Source of the DNA: Phaeosaccion multiseriatum
Lineage: Eukaryota > Protista > Ochrophyta, other classes
Reading direction: 5' to 3'
Assembly: GCA_965112735.1 (NCBI GenBank)
Contig: OZ218952.1
Location: 1,612,001-1,676,000, forward strand
DNA: 64,000 nucleotides
Part shown: one piece after another, positions 17,636-29,995 of the stretch
Layout: each line of letters begins with the position of its first letter
Numbering within the stretch: the stretch's first letter is position 1
Position numbers and translations under genes: made by a program
The notes under the pieces: model-generated
The model's database searches: none
Seen by the model: only the letters and a program-made list of their open reading frames with translations
Told to the model about the DNA's origin: nothing

Positions 17636-18714
17636 CACTACTTCCTGCCCATACTGGCACCGAGGCTCCGTGTTAGTATGGCTGGGATGCGGTAATTGGT
17701 TGCTCTGCGTACTTCGTTCTTGGTCGTTGTGTCTCGGAGCTGTGTCGCCCCGCTGAGCCAGCCATAATGTCAGACGCCAGTACTCAAACCGCATGCCTAC
17801 CTCCCTCACTCCCCCTTTCCCTTCCTACTTACCTACCAACCCAGGTGGGACTCAACGAGGATGGTACGGAGAAGGGCGAGAATGACAGCGAGCAGCCCCC
17901 TCCACGACCGGGCACAGCAGCGGCAAGGCGGGCATCTCGACGCCCACTGGAGCCCCTGTCCTCCGTAATAAGGGGCGGTAGCAGCGTTGGCCTTGGTGGT
18001 ACGAATAGCACGAACAAGGCGGTGTTGCAGCCTCTCAAGCCGCTGCGGCGGACTCCTTCCCTGCCTACTGGTAGGAGTAGTGCCGCTGGCAGCAGCACGG
18101 GGGGGGGTGATGATGAAGAGCATACCAAAGACGTGAGCAGCACCAACAACAACACCAGCAACAACAACCACAACAACAACAACAACAATAACAGCGACGA
18201 CGACAACAACAATAACAACAACCACGGCAGTAACAATGCCAGGCGCGACTCACGTGCCGATTTGAGCAAAATGAGGGCTAAGCCAAGGAGGGCCTCGTCG
18301 ACTCCTGTGGAGGAGGTGGAGACATTCGACATCCCCACTCTAGACGACGACGGCGACACCGACGTGCACGAGCAGCAGCAGCAGCGGAAGGCCGGCACCA
18401 GCCGCCGAGAGGGTCGTCGAGACAGCAGCGACAGCGCCAACAACAGCCACAGCGGCAGCAACGCCAGCCTGAACAAGAAGGGCATTGTTGCTCGCGTGTA
18501 TGAAGACCCACGCAAGAACCCTTTGAGCGCGAGTCACACTTCGCTGCTGGGCGGGGCTTCCTCTGCCGCTGCCTCGGACACACCGGGGTCAAGAGCTTCT
18601 TCCAAGGCCGGCCGAGGAGGTGGAGGAGGAGGAGGAGGAGGAGGAGGAGCAGGAGGGGGGGGGGGCTTTGAGCTTGAGGAGGAGGATTTGATGGCGGATA
18701 TTTTGACTCTTTGA
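16090..18714 (+). CDS. HEAT/TOG-domain protein (CEP104-like TOG) with N-terminal MGxxC acylation motif, ~779 aa
   Basis: Exons 16090-17559 and 17845-18714. Start MGGACSSGKK. TOG-like segments SGAWADRKASMQ, RRSLRDKTAPVVFAAL, LLKRMG..TNRRMQREACRSLL, RLTLLKLLIGEFG, GLHIADQKTRRAAVNVVNAAY. Disordered C-terminus. Confidence 0.65.
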
Positions 18715-19523
18715 GACTACACTCGTTGGTGATACACTCGTTGGTGGAAGTTAGTTGTCTCCTGATCCCTTCACTCTCTCTTTTACTTTGCTGATGAGAC
18801 TTTTTCTGCTGGCGAGAGTGAGGCTCTCTGTCTTTGAGAGCTGTTCGTCTGTCTTTGAGAGCTGTTCGAGAGCCTACGGGGCCGGTGAAGGAAGGAGGGA
18901 AGGAAGAGAGTGAGTGAGTGAATGAATGAGCTGGGGCTCAGGAGCAGGGCTGGAGGCTGACTCAGGACGAGGAGAAGGGAAATGGTGGAGGGCGGCGTTT
19001 CCCACCCACCCACGGGCGAGCCGAGCTGGAGGGGAGGGGAGGGGAGGGGAGGGGAGGGCACAACACCTTCACGTATCCGAGAGGATGTGGTTGTGAGATG
19101 GGAGAGACAGTCAGCAACGGTGGGGGGGAGGGGGGCTGTGATCCAGACAGACGTAGAGGGGGAGAGAGGCCGTGGGTGACACAAGTGAGGGAGGGAGGGA
19201 GTGAGTGAGTGAGTGAGTGAACCACAACGTCACCCAACTACAAAGTGTCCTGATATTACGCGTAATGACGTAATGACTTATAATACCGAGCCTGACTTCA
19301 TTTGACATGAATGAATTCATTCACCGCCTGCGACTCCTACCCGCGCCAGAGCCACCATTGGTCTGCTGTGGGTCTGCGCCTCCGATCATCCTATTACCCC
19401 CCAAGCCAGCCCTCTGCCTTCTTACCCTGCGCGTCCCTCCCGTTGTTGCGCCCCCTCCCCGAGAGCCTGGGGGGGTGGTGACAACGGCAATCAAATTCCC
19501 AATGACTAGACAGACAGACGTCT

Positions 19524-19577
19524 ACCCACGGGACATCCACAGGACATCCACAGGACATCCACAGGACAACCACAGGC
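19524..19577. repeat. 11-bp tandem repeat (ggacatccaca, about 4 units)
   Basis: ggacatccacaggacatccacaggacatccacaggacaaccacagg, downstream of the CLN3 stop. Confidence 0.8.
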
Positions 19578-19613
19578 ACCTACCTACCCGCACACCTTCC
19601 TCCTTCCTTTCAA

Positions 19614-22600
19614 TCAAGCCCGCCAAGGGCACCCCACCAAAGCGCCCGAGATGCCGTTTGCTTTGTACACGCACGCTTGCACAAAGAGCCCAAACGAGTC
19701 ACTGATCATGATGCCCAATGAGTCCCCGATGGACGCGAAGCTTAGCGCAATCTCTTTGCGGTCTGGGGCTACTCGGTGTGCGAGGCCTGTAAAGGCGTTG
19801 ACGTATACGGCCCCTCCGAGGAGGCCCGTGACGAACGCCAGGCCGAGGAAGCCGCCCTTGTCGTACCAAAAGTGTGTCACAGATGCCTGTGCCGTACACA
19901 CACACACACACACACACACATACACACACACATAAGCACGTACTCGCGCACAGACAAAAGCACGGCGACGACGAAAGACACGCAATCCGTAATCCCCTTC
20001 CCTTGAGCAGAGACAAGTTCAAGCCAAAAAAGAAAGGGGCGTCCTCTTTCTCCTCCTTCTCCTCCTGTTCCCCTCCCTCCCTCCCTCCTCCTCCTCCTCC
20101 TCCTCCTCCTCCTCTTCCTCCTCCTCGCTACACATTCACACTCACCGTGTAATACACAGCCAAGATGCCTGTCTGAAGGATGGGCATTGCCCACAGTGCG
20201 GGCATGTTTGCTCTGATGAGCATTCCAGAGGAGCGGCTTGTAAACACCCCCGCCTGGTAGATCCAATTGGCCTGCAGGCGGAGCACCAACAGCAACATCA
20301 ACACCACACACATTTGAGGCTCAGCTCAGACCAAGTCTTCACTGGGCACTAGCGGGCAGGATTATGTCCCCACCGCAGTGAGTGAGTGACACACATACTC
20401 CAGTGAGTGAGTGAGTGAGTGAGTGAGTGAGTGAGTGAGTGTGAGTGTGAGTGGCAAAGTGACACGGGGACACATACCTACGCACCAGCCTATCTGCCTG
20501 CCAAAGTACCTTCCTACCTACCCACCTTCCTGCCTACCTACCTACCTACTTGCCTGACAACCCCCCTTCTTCCCCCTACCTACTTACCTGTGCGTAGAAT
20601 CGGTCCCTCGCGTCTGAAGACGTGACTGGGAAGCCCACAGCACTCCACACGCCTGTCTGGATAGTGTACTCCGCTGCGTAGACGAGCACCAGCGGCACAA
20701 TAAAGGGCCAAAGCGATGCCACGAATCTGCCCTTCGCTCGGAGCCCGCTCAGGTCTGTGCGTGTGTGCGTGTGTGAGTGTGTGTGTAAGAGCGGGTACGG
20801 GTGGTGCACACACAAAGGGGCACTCTGTCAATGTATCGCAGCAGGGATGGCGAAGGTCGATAGATAGACGGATAGACAGATGGGTAGGTAGGTAGGTAGG
20901 TAGGTAGGTAGGTACGTAGGTAGGTACGTAGGTAGTTCGGTAGGTAGGTAGGTAGGGAGGGAGGGAGGTAGGTAGTTCGGTAGGTAGTTCGGTGGGTAGT
21001 TCGGTAGGTAGGTAGGTAGGTAGGTAGGTAGGTAGGAAGACAGATAGGTAGGGCTCCTTGCAGCAGAGAGAATCGCATCACGGGACTCACTCTGCACGTG
21101 TGACGTGCTCACAATCAGAAAGAGAAGTCCACCGCTAGACCGCAAGTGTACAGTCCCCATTTCAGTTGTTTGCTTCCCTGCCTTTCCCTCCCTTCTTTTC
21201 TTGTCCTTCTGTTTATGTGTCCGTCCGTCTCTCACCTTCTTTCCCTGAGCTTGGGTCCGTCGTGGAGGCCCACGCGTCACCGCCTCGCTCCTCTGTGTCG
21301 GACAGACCACCACGACTACCACCACCACTACCACCACCGCCGCCACCAGCGACAGCGACAACGGCAGGGGTGTTACAGTACTCTCTGCCCACCTCCTCAG
21401 CACTCTCTACCATCTCCACATAGTCACTTCTCCTCCCCCCCCCCCCCTCCCTCCACCTGGCCACAAAGGGGCAGCATCTCTGCTCCCGCTCCAGCAGAGA
21501 TGAAGTGGGGCTTACTCCCTTGCCCCGTGGCGGCCTCCGCCTCTTCTTCTCCTTCTCCTTCTTCGCCTTCTCGTCCCTCGTCCTCCCCCTGCTATGGAGT
21601 GGACTCGGGCCTTCCATTTCTCGTTCCGTGCCTACCCCCCCCCCCCGCCTGTCCTCCTCTCTCGCTCCTGCCCCCACCCCCTTTGCCAAGTCGTTCGCTC
21701 CTCCTCCTCCTTGTTGCCCCCGTCGGCGCTGGGGACGGCCCAGGAGGCGAAAGAAGACGAGTAGCCACAGGACAGGGAAGATGTTGGCAGCCAAGAGCGT
21801 GGCCTTAAAGGACCATCCCAGCGCCAAATGAAGCACGTACACCCAAGCGTAGCCGAACACTCCCGCAAAGCCTGTTTTTTTGTGGTTGTTGTGGTGTGTG
21901 TGAGTGTGTTTGTGTATGTTTGTGTGTGTGTGCGTGCGTGCGTGCGTGCGTGTGCGTGTTCGTGTGTGTGTGAGGAATGTTCCAGGTGAATGGAGAAATG
22001 CCACATTGAGGCGTTTGGACAGCAGGCGGGCCCTGAGCAATGAGAGTGATGAAACTGCCGGAGGGTGAGGAGAGGCGATACATACTCCCCCGCGTGGACT
22101 GCCCGTGACGGAATGCCCATTCCTACTCCTACTCCTACTCCCACTCCCCGTCGTCCCGTCTCTTTGCTGCCCTCCTCCCCTTCCGCTGCTCTCTTGAAGA
22201 GTTGGTTGTCCGACTGACCACTGACCTGTGCCGCTTGACCACGCTGTGAGGTCCTTCAAAGGGTCGTAGGTGGAGGCCAGGGCGATGGAACTTGCTTCCC
22301 CCATACCGGCTTGGAACGAGCAGCACACCACTCCCTGATCACGAACAAGGCAGGCAAGAGGAGGAGGAGGGCGCAGGGAAGATAGACACAACAGGCATAC
22401 ACTTCTTAACTTGGGTTGTGGTTTTGGGGGGCTGTCACTACCCGCTTGAAAATCATCCCTCACACTCACCATCAGCTGCCAAAAAAGAGTATCGGACAGG
22501 CCCACGAGGCAAAAGCTCATGCTCATCAAGAATGACGCCGCCACCACACGGTGGGAGTCTGGCTCAGGGAGTGACAGCAGGGCGAGTGAACGTGTGGGCC

Positions 22601-23144
22601 GCGAAAGGAGGGTGTTTGGTAACGCGGGTGAGAAGTAGACAGAAGAGAGCTTCTTTTTTCTGTGATTAGTTGCCTGCACCACTGCAGATTCCTCCTTCAA
22701 TCCAGAGGGAGTGCATCCCCCCCTGTCTTGGTACTTACATGGAATAAGGTGAAACCAAAGTGGGCTGCTCAGCTTCACTGCAAACCCTGGAACGATGTCC
22801 GCAAGAAAGACCAACCCAACCCCGCCCGAGGAGACCTGCTTGGCCCCCGCCATCATGATAACATAGCTGTTGTTGTTCAGTAGCCCCAACAGCCAGAAGG
22901 AGGCGGTGTTGCGCGTATTCTGTGTGCATGGGGAGCCTGGAGCAACCGCCGCAGCATCCTCATTCTCCTCATCATCATCTTCATCATAGTTGGGGGATAA
23001 GCGCGAGATGTCGTCGAAGTCTCGATCGGAAAAGTCTTGCTCTTCGCCCAGACCAAAGCTGCTGCTGTCCTCGCGGAGGAAGCTCTTCTTGCTGCCTACG
23101 CTGCTACCGCTGTCTGCAGCCAATATCCCATACTCGGGCGACAT
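19614..23144 (-). CDS. CLN3: CLN3/battenin (Btn1) family vacuolar/lysosomal transporter, ~601 aa
   Basis: Exons 23144-22739, 22558-22470, 22334-22226, 21871-21236, 20754-20588, 20271-20146, 19886-19614 sum to 1806 nt in frame. Motifs [87 protein letters not shown]. Confidence 0.93.
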
Positions 23145-23372
23145 AGATTGAGCCACAGCGCAACGCTACATGGAGAAGGAGGGAAGGATTCTATACGGAG
23201 CCGATACTGTTGCCCTATGCCCGTCTTTTTTACCAGACAAAAAAAACAAAACCAAGGCTAGCGGAGGACACAGTGGGACGTTCTGGACGTGTTGGTTGTC
23301 CGATTGCGTCGCCAACTCCAACACAAGCCCCAAATAGCAAATAGCCTCAATCAACATAAAGTGAAGGAAATC
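23145..23372. promoter_or_regulatory. Putative bidirectional promoter (CLN3 / ispF)
   Basis: 228 bp between divergent ATGs. Confidence 0.5.
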
Positions 23373-24046
23373 ATGCGTCCGTGGTGGATATCGTGCTTCT
23401 TCCTTTTCCTTAGGGCCTCGGTACCATGTACATGCTTCTTGACTTTACATCCCTTTCAGGCACCTGCAGCGGGGGTAGCGGCAGGGCGACCAACATCGGT
23501 AGGAGCAGCTCGAGTAGGGAAGGGAGGACAACAACTTCGAGAAGCAGCCGGGGCAGGGGAGCCTCAGATTCGTATTGGGCATGGGTACGATATCCATCGC
23601 CTGGCAGAGGGGAAGGAGCTGGTCATCGGGGGCGTCACCATTCCGCACACGAAGGTAGGAAAGTCAAGAGCTTGATCATGTTGTTTCAACCCCGTCTCTC
23701 CTCTCAAGGACGCGAGGAGGAGGCTGCCACCCAAACCCCACCGCTTGAACCGCTCTATAAAAGAGGTACCTTCCCCTATTCCTTTTTCTTGCTCTGTCGT
23801 TGTTTGCCTGTATACAGGGGGCGGATGCTCACTCGGATGGGGACGTGGTCTACCATAGCATAGTTGACGCCATCTTGGGGGCGCTTGGCACGAATTTAGA
23901 CATCGGGATGCTCTTCCCCGATAATGATCCGGAATGGTCGGGAGCAGATTCGTCCATCTTTATGAAGGTGAGAGAGAGGGAGAGGGAGAGGCGACGCAGC
24001 CAGATGGAGGCGAGGGAGAGGGGGAGAGGGCGATAGAGAGAGGCAA

Positions 24047-24085
<39 letters not shown>

Positions 24086-24254
24086 AATAGAGATAGAGGG
24101 CGAGAGAAAGGAGAGAGACTTTACCTCTTAGCGGGTGGCACCCAAAGGTGGCCACCTCCTGCTCGGTCAATTCAAAGTGGGAACTCAATACGGATGGTAA
24201 TAGTGCCACTAATGAGAGTGCCACCTACTCCTCTTCTGGACTCATCATCATCAT

Positions 24255-24302
<48 letters not shown>

Positions 24303-24573
24303 TATCACCACCCTCATCATCATCCCACAGGAAGCATACTCTCGGATGGTGGAGCGGGGCTACTCGATCGGCAATGTCGACGTGACCCTCATCTTGCAAC
24401 AACCCAAGGTCATGGGCTTCAAGCCTGCTATGAAGGCCAACATCGTAGACCAGCTGCACACGGTGGATGACCGCGTCAACGTCAAGGCCCGTACGCACGA
24501 GAAGGTGGACTCTGTGGGCAGGGGGGAGGCGATGGAGTGCCACGTGGTGTTGACCCTTGAGAAGACCACATGA
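23373..24573 (+). CDS. ispF: 2-C-methyl-D-erythritol 2,4-cyclodiphosphate synthase (MEP pathway), plastid-targeted, ~224 aa
   Basis: Exons 23373-23654, 23818-23967, 24331-24573. Motifs [56 protein letters not shown]-terminal signal peptide ending CTC-F followed by a transit-like region. Confidence 0.96.
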
Positions 24574-25794
24574 CAGTTTGCCCCGACCAAGACCAAGGAC
24601 TTGACGTGACGTAATTTCTCTTTCTCTTTTTCAGGAGCTTAGAGCAGGAGGTGGGGATGCTTTGATGTATGGAAAGGGACTGGAAGTGGGGAGGCCTTTT
24701 GCTTTGACGTCTTGCCCTCCTTTCCACTCGCACCCCTACTTGTCCCTTTGGGGCGCATATACCTTTGGTTGATGAGGAGTTGCCCTTTCCTTCATGTTCG
24801 CTGACGGGAGCTGGACCCGTGTCCCTCAGTTATACAACGTCGTAGAGAGAGGTAAAAATAGAGTCGTAGAACGAAGCCGCCCACCGTGGCAACTTAGGTC
24901 CGCCCACAGTGCCAACTTAGGTCGCAGACTCTGCAGCAGCTTCCCCAGCAAGGGCACTTAAAGAAATGTTGAAAAAGGAGACCTCGATTTTCGACTTGTT
25001 GACTTGTGGATTTTGGAGGAAAGCTTGGCTACGTGTGTGGGAACCTGATGCGCGTAACCGACCCCACCTTTGGCAGGCAGAGGGGGGTTCCGCCGCAAGA
25101 GATGGACGTTGACTCTGAGAATATGCTCGAGGTGGCTTTGGAAATGGTGTGAACACCCGCGAAAACAAAACATGCTTCTTGACTAAAATTAATTGATTTT
25201 AATTAAAATAATGAAGTGTCAGGTAATAGAGAGAAAAGAGGGAGGCGGCGCTACCTGCTACCTCCTACCTGCTACCTGCTACCTGTTACCTCCTACTTGC
25301 CCAGCAGCCCAACATCACATGCTACGCGACAGTCGCACACGCTGCGATGAGATGTCATGTGAATTGTGGTGGTGCGGTCTCTTGGGCTGCTTGCGTCATC
25401 CCCCCTCTCTCTCTCTCCTCTCTCTCTCTCGTAAGCAGAGCAGAGAAGTGCGGCGAGGGCACTGAGACACATTCTTGCTATCTACCCTCTCTATCCTCCC
25501 TAATTCACATCCTGTTCCAAGGAGGGGGAGGGGGAGGAAGGCAGAGAGATGGCAAAGTAAGAATGTTGAGACTGAGGTGTTGAAGCGAAACAATAGCACC
25601 CCACATAGAGCAAGCCTTTCCATTGGAGAGAATCACCGACACAGGAGTTAGAACAGTACTTGTAGAAGCAAAGGAAGGAGAAGAAAGGCATGCGTCATTG
25701 GTGGCACTACCACCTCTCGTGTCCTCCTCTCCTCCTCTCCTCCCTTCTCTCCCCCTGCCCCTCCCTCCTCTCCTCTCCTCTCCTCTCCTCCCTT

Positions 25795-26746
25795 TCACTC
25801 CTCTTCTCTCTTCCTCCAAAAACGTACCACATTGAGGTACTTGGCCACGGTGTGCATGTCCTTATCGCCTCGTCCGCACATGTTGACAAGCACCTTCTTG
25901 TCACTAGGCAGGCCCTTGGCCATTTGCATCGCTTGGTAAATGGCGTGCGAAGGCTCCAACGCAGGGATGAGTCCCTCCGTCTTGGCCAGAGTCATGAGCC
26001 CCTCCAGCGCCTCCTTGTCTGTAACCGCCACGTAGTCTGCTAGCTTCGTATCCTTGAGCCAGGCATGCTCGGGGCCCACCCCGGGGTAGTCCAGGCCTGC
26101 GGAGATGGAGTGCGTCTCCGGGATCTGCCCATCCTTATCTTGCAGTAAGTAGGTGCGGGTGCTTTCGGTGGGAGGGAAGGAAGGAAGGAAGGAAGGAAGG
26201 AAGGAGGGAGGGAGGGAGGGAGGGAGGGAGGACGGGAGGGAGAAAAGTCAGTTGAGAGTTTAGTTTGGTGGGGGTAAAAGGGCGACAAAAGATAGCGAAG
26301 AAGCGGCGTGTGTGCGTGTGAGAGAAAAGAGAGAGAGGCATCAGGAGTGGCCTCTGTGGAGTGAGATGCACAAAAAAGCACAGCTTGCCGCACCACACGG
26401 CGTACACACTCACACACAATCCAACCAACTCCAATAAAATCAAAATCCAACCCACTCCGTGACGCCGCCACAAATCCCCATCCAACCATTCATCCTCCAT
26501 CCATCCGCACCAGCCGCATCATCTAATGCACTCCAGTCCTCAACCCCTCCTAGTCCCCACCCCCCATTCACTCACTCCCTCACTCCCTCCCTCACTCCCT
26601 CCCTCACTCCCTCACTCACCCATGCAGCACTCCCGGTGATCCCTGTGTAAGCGTGGCGCTGTTGAGAGCGTCCATGCCCTTCCCCCCTGCCTCCACCCCC
26701 ACCAGCTTCACATCACCCGCCTCCACGTCCTGTCCGTGTGTGTGTG

Positions 26747-26804
<58 letters not shown>

Positions 26805-29800
26805 CGTGTGTGTGTGTATGGGAGGGGGGGGGGGGGCGCAATCCAGGTCGAGTGGAGGTCGGGGAGGGGGGTGACATGAGTGGAGGTGGGGGAGTCGAGT
26901 TGGAGATCGGCAAGGAGGGCAAGCGAGGACCGGCGTAGAGCCGAAGAAGGAATCCCAACAAAGAGAAGGGACTACACACGTACGCACGCACGCAGCATGC
27001 GCTTGACACATGTGCCAAGGGACCAGTCTGACCAGTCTGACCCATAAGCTGCCTACTGCCGCCAATACGCCTCTGCTACGCCTCAGCTGCTGTTCCTCTG
27101 TGGTAGGTACACTGTTGGAGGTTGTGTTTAATACTAATCCTACCCTTCCCACTTTTTAGTTGTGTTTTGTACTAATCTTACCCTTACCAAAACACCTGGA
27201 AGAAGTCTTTTGTACGAATCATACTGAAACACCTACCTTAATGAAGGGGTGGAACATTCCGATGGCGTTGGATCCTCCACCAACGCAGCAAACGACGTAG
27301 TCCGGCAGCCCGCCAGCCTGTGAGAAGGGGGGAGGGGGGTGAGGATACCAACCAGACTTGAGGAGGTAAGGGGTTAGGCCTACAGGTGGGGGATTCGATT
27401 CGATTCGATTCGGTTCAGAGGAAGGAGGAGGAGGAAACAGGGAGGAGTACGTCTTCCCTTCCTTCCTTCCTTCCTTCCTTCCTTCCTTCCTTCCTTCCTT
27501 CTTCTTACCTGCTCCAGCATTTGCTCCCTGGACTCCTTTCCGATGACAGCCTGGAAGTCTCGCACAATGGTGGGGAAGGGGTGGGGGCCGATGGCGCTGC
27601 CGATGAGGTAGTGCGTAGTCCGAACATTCGTCACCTGCACATGAACACGAGAGAGAGAGAGAGAGGGAGGGGGGGAAGAGGATGAGTAAAGATGGCGCGC
27701 CACGTACCACACAGAGAGTCAGTAAAGCGTAGCCAAGCGTCAGATTCAGTTCACCTCCGTTATCACCATCCAAAACATCGATCTGCGTAAGATATGGCAT
27801 CCCACTCAGTCAGTCAGTCACTCTCTCACCGCCTCTCTACTCCGGCACCTCAGTCAGTGACTTACCCAGTCTCTCATTGCCTCGTTGATGGCGTCCTTGA
27901 GGGTTTTGCTGCCGCTCTGCACAGGCACAACTGTGGCCCCCAGCATCTTCATGCGGAACACTGTGTGTATCGTAAGGGGGACAGAGACACAGGACGGACA
28001 CGTCAGAGGGACACATTAGAGGGACACGTCGGAGGGACACCTCAGAAGGACAGGACACAGAGGAGCGGGACAGAGGGACAGAAAAAAGTCAGTAGTAAAG
28101 CAACGAGCGGAAGGTGAGTGAAGTGGGGAAGAAAGTGTATCACTACAGCAGCACGACCCGCTGCGATGCACGTTAAGCCTCGCGAGAAAGCCCCATCCCT
28201 CACCCGCTCCTGTCCTCCCATCCCTGCCCTGCCATCCCTCACCACTCCTGTCCTCCTCTCCCCTCTCCTCTCCTCCTCTCTCCTCCTCCCTTGGGTTGGG
28301 GTGGTGGATAGGATGGGGTTGGACTTACCGTTGAGCTTTTGCCTCTCGCAATCCACCGCTCCCATGTACACAATGCACTCCATGCCCAACAAGGCGCACA
28401 CCGTCGCCGTGGCCACTCCATGCTGCCCCGCCCCCGTCTCTGCGATGATGCGGTTCTTGCCAATGCGCTTGGCCAACAGAGCCTGTCCAATGGCGTTGTT
28501 GATCTTGTGTGCACCCGTATGGGCAAGCTCCTCTCTCTTGAGCCAAATCTGCGCCCCTCCCATAAGCTCTGTGAGCCGCTTGGCGTGGTACATGACCGTA
28601 GGACCGCCCACGTAGTTCTTACGGTACCAGGCCACCTGCGTTAGGCAGTTGGTGATACAATACATACGGCAGGGGAGGCAGGCGTCAGAAAATGGACGAG
28701 TCGCAACGGCGGCAAGCAGGGGGGGGTGCTTGACATGGCGCGTTGGGGGAAATGAGTCGAGGAGGTGGAAGAGACGGAGAGACAGAAACAGATGTATCGG
28801 GAGAGAGGGAGATGGAGAGAAAAAGATAGAGATTCATAGATTGTGAGTGACGGGATGAGAATGGAATGTAGCGGTTCATCCCGAGGAGTGCATCATCGCC
28901 TTTCAGCGGTCAACAGCCCTTGAAACGGAAACGCCTCTAACTGAAAGATGTCTCTAGGCCCCCGTGACTGACACCCCACCATGATGTGAAGCCAAGCTCC
29001 GCAAAGGCAAAAGAGGCACAGAAAAGAATAGGGGGCCGCTAAGCAAGCAAGCTCATGTTGCTTGTGCTTGTGTTTGCTTGTCGTTGTCATGCCTGCTCGA
29101 TTTGCTCGCCTTGCTCGCTTGTGATCCTCTATCAGCCCAAAGCCACACACACACACACACACATACATACACACACACACACACCACACCACACACACCA
29201 TCACGCACGCACGCACCTCCTCGTGGAACTTGGGGTCTGCCTGCGCGTCTGCGTAGGCCTCTTCGAGCTCTCTGTGGGCCTCCACGAGCGTTTCGGGAAT
29301 GTAACGCCCTCCGAAGGCACCGAAGTACGCTGAGCTCACGTCCCTTGTGCTGTACGTCAGCTCAGATCTGTGGGGGGACGAGTGAGTGGGTGAGTGGGTG
29401 AGTGAGCGAGTGCGTGGGTGGGTGGTGGGGTGGGGTCACATCACCTCCCGTCATCATGCTCAGTCACCCCCTCACCCCCTCCTCCCTCACCCCCTCACCC
29501 CCTCCTCCCTCACCCCTTCCCTCCTCACCCCTTGCCTCCTCCCCCCTCACCTCCCGTCGTGCTTGTAGCTGCCAGTGACCCCGTCTAGTCCCTTGGTGAG
29601 GCCGGCAGTAAACTCCTTCAGATTGGTCGCCTTCTCCGCTGCAGGGGCGTCCGCCGCCGCCTGAGATTGTGCACCAGAGCGTATGGAGGTGAGCATAAAA
29701 GTCGAAGATAGCACCTTCCACACCATTTTTGTCTCTCTCCCTCCCTCCCACTCCCCCCCTCCCTCTCTTTGCCCCCTCTCTTTTTCTCACACCCTTTCCC

Positions 29801-29961
29801 TCTCTCACCCCTCTCTCTCCGATCCTTCTCTCACCCCATCTCTGCCCTCTCTCTCGCACCCCCTCTTTTGCCCTCTCTCCCTCCCCTCTCTCTCACACCC
29901 CCTCTTTGCGCTCCTACACCCCCCCCCTTCCCTCTCTCACCCCGCTACCACCATCTCTACC

Positions 29962-29995
<34 letters not shown>

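Noticed and set aside
21213-23156. 647-aa continuous CLN3 ORF
   Set aside because: It reads through three stop-free introns; the spliced seven-exon model fits the family motifs better.
24885-25215. AT-richer segment with KLGYVCGNLMR, faintly like a hAT transposase C-terminus, plus a short direct repeat
   Set aside because: Too short, interrupted by stops, and no TIR or TSD found.
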